A stretch of 64,000 bases of DNA from an uncultured delta proteobacterium (GTDB taxonomy: Bacteria > Desulfobacterota > Binatia > Binatales > Binataceae): contig CAVQEQ010000004.1 in the NCBI GenBank assembly GCA_963711565.1, positions 896,001 to 960,000 of the forward strand, written 5' to 3'. Positions 60,281-64,000 of this stretch are shown in pieces (position 1 is the first letter of the stretch; every line of letters starts with the position of its first letter). The notes beneath the pieces were generated by a model. That model saw nothing but the letters and a program-made list of their open reading frames with translations, had not been told where the DNA came from and made no database searches. Position numbers and translations under genes: made by a program.

Positions 60281-61648
60281 TCAGTGCCCCTCTCGTTCCA
60301 GCGCCTGCGGCGCGAAGAAGGCGTTGTCCACCGTGCCCATGTCGATATACCAGCATTCGTGATCGGGCGCGGTCGGTCCCGGCATATAGACGACCGTGCT
60401 GACTCCTGTCTGCAGATCCTCGTCCACCAGCCCCAACTGGAATATCCGCTTGTACGGGTAGATCGCGACTCTTGCGTCGGGGACCGGCCGGTCGCGAAAA
60501 GTGTTGAAGGTCGCGATTGTCTTCCACAGTTTGCCGTCGCGATCGTACTGATCCGACGCCGTGATGAACCATCCTTCCGAATCGATGTAGAAGATTCGCT
60601 TGGGGATCGTCATGTCGCGGCCCGGCTTCCCGTCCGCTTCGATCACGTACAGATGGCGCATCTCCCAGTCTTCCGGGCAAATCGTTTTGCCGCCGTCGAA
60701 CGGGCACTGCACTTCCGGCGAATGCTGTGCATGCACCGACGCGAGCATCTCCTTCTCTCCCAGGAAGCGGTAGGTGAAATCCTCGATCTTCGCCGAGAAC
60801 CCGAAATACGAATCCGGATCGAGCGTGTTCGCGTATGCACCGGCGCCTGAGCCTCCGCCGGCGCCGCCACCGCCGCCATACGATCCGCCACCGCCGCCGC
60901 CGCCTCCTCCTCCGCCAAATCCCGGCAGCGCCCCGATACTGTCCGAGAGCACGTCCACCGATTCACGCCGCAGCTTGCGCGTCTCCGGATTGTACACCCA
61001 TACGTTGTCGTCGATTTTGGGATCGATATGCCGCTGCCGCACCATCCCGTAGCCGCGCAACGACGACGGCTCCAGGAACGGATAGAAGGCGAACCGGTAT
61101 CGAATCCCGCTGGCGACGCCGTCGGGATCGGTCGGTATCGGCGGCACTTCGATGCGTCCGATATTGTTGTAGAACGCAAAGTGCCCCACCGTGTAGTAGC
61201 TCAGCGGCGTGCCGGTGCTGTGCTTGTCGAAGCTCGCAACCTCGGGAAAGCGCATATCGATATCGTCGCTGTACAGCGGCCGGTAGCTGAAATTCCACAT
61301 CACCTTGGTCGCCATCTGCGGATCGTTCGGATCGAGCAGCGGAAACGGCTGCCCCGCGGTGTAACCCTTCAGCGTGCCGTCGGGCAGGAGCTGCACTTGC
61401 GGCGAGTACTTCTCGGTCGCAACCTTGAATGGCGGCGGCCAATCGAGCTTGTCGCTTGGCACGATCCGAAGCTGCATGCCCTCCTGGACCAGTATGTAGT
61501 TGCCGGGGCTGAGCAGCTCGATGACCTTCTCCGCGTTGTCTTTGGTGATCACATCTCCCGGTTTGACCGCGGCATGCGCCGGCGTCAACCCGCAGATCAA
61601 TGTTGCGAGCAAGGTTCCAGTCACGATTCGAAGCGATGACAGTCTCAT
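60281..61648 (-). CDS. DUF1329 domain secreted protein with poly-Gly insertion
   Basis: GGAGG RBS, signal peptide, KPGDVITKDN, AGQPFP...DPQMATKVMWN, WVYNPETRKLRR, YDRDGKLWK. Confidence 0.85.
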   Translation of the reverse strand: MRLSSLRIVTGTLLATLICGLTPAHAAVKPGDVITKDNAEKVIELLSPGNYILVQEGMQLRIVPSDKLDWPPPFKVATEKYSPQVQLLPDGTLKGYTAGQPFPLLDPNDPQMATKVMWNFSYRPLYSDDIDMRFPEVASFDKHSTGTPLSYYTVGHFAFYNNIGRIEVPPIPTDPDGVASGIRYRFAFYPFLEPSSLRGYGMVRQRHIDPKIDDNVWVYNPETRKLRRESVDVLSDSIGALPGFGGGGGGGGGGGSYGGGGGAGGGSGAGAYANTLDPDSYFGFSAKIEDFTYRFLGEKEMLASVHAQHSPEVQCPFDGGKTICPEDWEMRHLYVIEADGKPGRDMTIPKRIFYIDSEGWFITASDQYDRDGKLWKTIATFNTFRDRPVPDARVAIYPYKRIFQLGLVDEDLQTGVSTVVYMPGPTAPDHECWYIDMGTVDNAFFAPQALEREGH

Positions 61649-61790
61649 GGGTCCTCCGATAGTGCGTCGGCGCAGGCCCGGCGCGTCGGCCGCAATCTTA
61701 CAGTAGTTAGGCTGGCGTCGAAAAGCTCCAGCTTGATCGCTCGCCGCCGCGCTCCCTATGATTCGGAAAAGATCGGCCGAGGTCACTCGC

Positions 61791-62237
61791 ATGAAAAAAA
61801 TGATTTCCAGGCTCGCCATTTTCGCGCTCGCGCTCGCGGCGGTCGTAACTATCGCGGACCGCGGCGACGCGCAGATGCACCCGATGATGCTCCCGCTCAC
61901 CACCACGATGGTCATTACCAAGCCCGCGCCCGGCGAGATCTACGGCGACAGGCAGGTGGTCACGATGGGTGTCGGCGCCAAGACCTACAAATTCGTGCTG
62001 AAGGATGCGTACGTCGATGATCCGCGAGGCATAGTCCATTGGCCCGACATCTGGCAGTTGGTCAGGCAATCCAGGCCCAACTTCAACGTCAGCGGCATCG
62101 ACGAGGACACCTTCGCCCAAATGAAGCCGGGCGACACCTTGACCGTGCGCGGGATGTTCTCCCCCAACAATCAGACCTACGAAGTAGTAGGCACAGAGCC
62201 GGGCGGCGGTCCCTCAGCCCCTGGCCAGCACTACTAG
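61791..62237 (+). CDS. Secreted hypothetical protein
   Basis: GAGG RBS, MKK signal peptide (GDA-Q), beta-rich body; divergent from the DUF1329 gene. Confidence 0.7.
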   Translation: MKKMISRLAIFALALAAVVTIADRGDAQMHPMMLPLTTTMVITKPAPGEIYGDRQVVTMGVGAKTYKFVLKDAYVDDPRGIVHWPDIWQLVRQSRPNFNVSGIDEDTFAQMKPGDTLTVRGMFSPNNQTYEVVGTEPGGGPSAPGQHY

Positions 62238-62275
62238 AGAATATGGAGAATTTGGAGGTTGGGAATCTTTCCTAG

Positions 62276-62522
62276 CCTCTCCTTGTCCGAGGAGAGGTCG
62301 GCGAAAGCCGCGGAGCGGTGTCGCCGGGAGAGGTGCAACGCGCGACAGCGCAGCCATCCCAACTCGTTTAAGCACAACTCACTGACACTCGTCTGCCGCC
62401 CAAACCGCAGCACCACTTTCTAACTTGCTACACAAGCAAGCGGTTGCTGCGACGGCGAGCGCTGCACCTCACCCGTCGCTCACCTTACGGCTCGCGTCGA
62501 CCTCTCCTCGGACAAGGAGAGG
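62276..62522. repeat. REPIN/MITE-like element family B, copy 2
   Basis: Same 22-bp TIR as 19540-19703 (62276-62297 / 62501-62522); the internal spacer is unrelated. Confidence 0.85.
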
Positions 62523-62552
62523 TCAGGATTGGATACTGGCAGTTCGCTCGAT

Positions 62553-63012
62553 CTAGCTACCCATAATCTCCGCCAGCTTGCTCTCCCGGTATTCAAAGAT
62601 CTGCGCGAGGCTCCGCTTGACGAACAGGTGATACGCAATCTCGCCCAGCGGCCCCAGGGGCATCGCATACTCGACGCGATCCTTCATCTCGGTCGCGCCT
62701 TTGCCGACGTCTTTGAAAGTATGGCTATGCCGCCATAACGCGTACGGCCCTTTCTCCTGGACGTTCAACAAACTTCTTTGGCGCCTCGACGATTTCGATT
62801 CGCGTCCGCCAATGTACCGGCACGCCATACAACCGAATCTGGTAGTCGATCACGGTCCCGGGATGCATCACTTCAGGCGGCGGCGCGAGAAACTTGAATT
62901 GCAGAAATTGCGGCGTAAGCCGCTGGAGGTTGTGCGAATCGGAGAAGAATTTGAAGGTCTCGGCGAGTGGCCGCGGCACGATCTGAGTGCGCTCGAGAAC
63001 ACGAACTTTCAT
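62553..63012 (-). pseudogene. SRPBCC (polyketide cyclase/START) family gene split by a 1-nt insertion
   Basis: FFSDSHNLQRLTP...WRTRI...KKFV in one frame continues as (D)VQEKGPYALWRHSHTF...DRVEYAMPLG in another; extra base at 62764-62765. Confidence 0.8.
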
Positions 63013-63148
63013 GCCTGTTGATCGTATTGGATTTACGATGGTGAGACACAGGCCAGCACGCGCAAAACAGCGCAAGTTGTGCGGCTATCTCCCCGTAGTG
63101 TAACTTTGTAGGCTCAAATCACCGCAAAAACGCCTCAAAATCGGGTAA

Positions 63149-64000
63149 ATGAAAAAACTGACAGGAGCACAAATCGTTATCGAGAGCCTGATCGCCGAGG
63201 GCGTCGATGTAATCTTCGGCTATCCGGGCGGCGCAATTCTGCCCACTTACGACGCGCTGCTCGACTCGAAAATCAACCACGTTCTCGTCCGCCACGAGCA
63301 GGGCGCCACCCACATGGCCGAGGGCTATGCGCGCGTCAGCGGACGCCCGGGCGTCGTCCTTGTTACCTCCGGCCCCGGCGCGACCAACACCGTCACCGGC
63401 ATCGTCAACGCCTACATGGACTCGACCCCGATGGTCGTCCTCTCCGGCCAGGTCCCGACCACGATGATCGGCAACGACGCTTTCCAGGAGGCGGACTTCG
63501 TCGGCATCACGCGCCCGTGCACCAAGCACAACTTCCTCGTCAAGAACGTCAAGGACATCTCGCGCATCATCAAGGAAGCGTTCTATATCGCCGGCAGCGG
63601 ACGCCCCGGCCCGGTAGTCGTCGATCTGCCCAAGGACGTGCAACAGGCCGAGCACGTTCTTCACCTGCCGGACAAAGTTGACCTGCGCGGATACAAGCCG
63701 ACGATTCGCGGCAACCCGCGCCAAATCGAGCGCGCAATTGAAGCGATTGAGAAAAGCTTGACCCCGCTGTTCTACGTCGGCGGCGGCGTGCAATGGTCCG
63801 GCGCGGCGCCCGAGCTGCGCGAACTGGTTAAAGGACTCGGTATTCCAATTACCGAGACCCTGATGGGACTCGGATCGTACCCGGCCTCCGACTCGCTGCG
63901 GCTCGGGATGCTTGGGATGCATGGTTCGTACGGCACCAACACCGCGGTCTGCAACACCGACTGCCTGATTGCAGTCGGTGCGCGCTTCGACGATCGCGTG
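63149..64000 (+). CDS. ilvB: Acetolactate synthase large subunit (biosynthetic), 3'-truncated by window edge
   Basis: [10 protein letters not shown]..., [64 protein letters not shown]. Confidence 0.96.
   Translation, partial: MKKLTGAQIVIESLIAEGVDVIFGYPGGAILPTYDALLDSKINHVLVRHEQGATHMAEGYARVSGRPGVVLVTSGPGATNTVTGIVNAYMDSTPMVVLSGQVPTTMIGNDAFQEADFVGITRPCTKHNFLVKNVKDISRIIKEAFYIAGSGRPGPVVVDLPKDVQQAEHVLHLPDKVDLRGYKPTIRGNPRQIERAIEAIEKSLTPLFYVGGGVQWSGAAPELRELVKGLGIPITETLMGLGSYPASDSLRLGMLGMHGSYGTNTAVCNTDCLIAVGARFDDRV

Noticed and set aside
59735-60285. Direct repeats flanking hicBA like those around the other cassettes
   Set aside because: Only weak similarity under 10 bp (CAGTTGTAA vs CAGTCTATAA); not distinguishable from chance.

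Overview
GC-rich bacterial chromosomal segment. The gene content (LLM oxidoreductase, several enoyl-CoA hydratases, DUF1329, a deltaproteobacterial-type gsp operon ending in gspN) resembles Ca. Binatota/Deltaproteobacteria; this is an inference. It carries a type II secretion operon gspEFGHIJKLMN without gspC/D/O, and housekeeping genes (idh-like, glycerate kinase, rpiA, folE, metF-like, thrB, bcp, hisI, hisG, thiO, lhr, acnA, partial ilvB). It also carries a parS-type palindrome, two c-type heme proteins (a cytochrome P460-multiheme lipoprotein fusion and a di-heme DHOR protein), a lipid-glycosylation gene block, a PAS hybrid kinase with an Hpt partner, a VWA-TM-FHA protein divergent from a DUF4382-like/lipoprotein pair, hicBA and an orphan vapB. 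The most unusual sequence-level signals are three. (1) Two clear, and possibly a third, accessory gene cassettes are bracketed by imperfect direct repeats that duplicate the end or promoter of a neighbouring gene, with no integrase nearby. (2) At least three families of intergenic REP/REPIN-like palindromic repeats are present. (3) Three single-base frameshifts occur (gspL, DUF4382-like gene, SRPBCC gene) and are probably sequencing errors. I saw no rRNA, tRNA, CRISPR array or transposase. All domain calls come from motif recognition by eye, not database searches.
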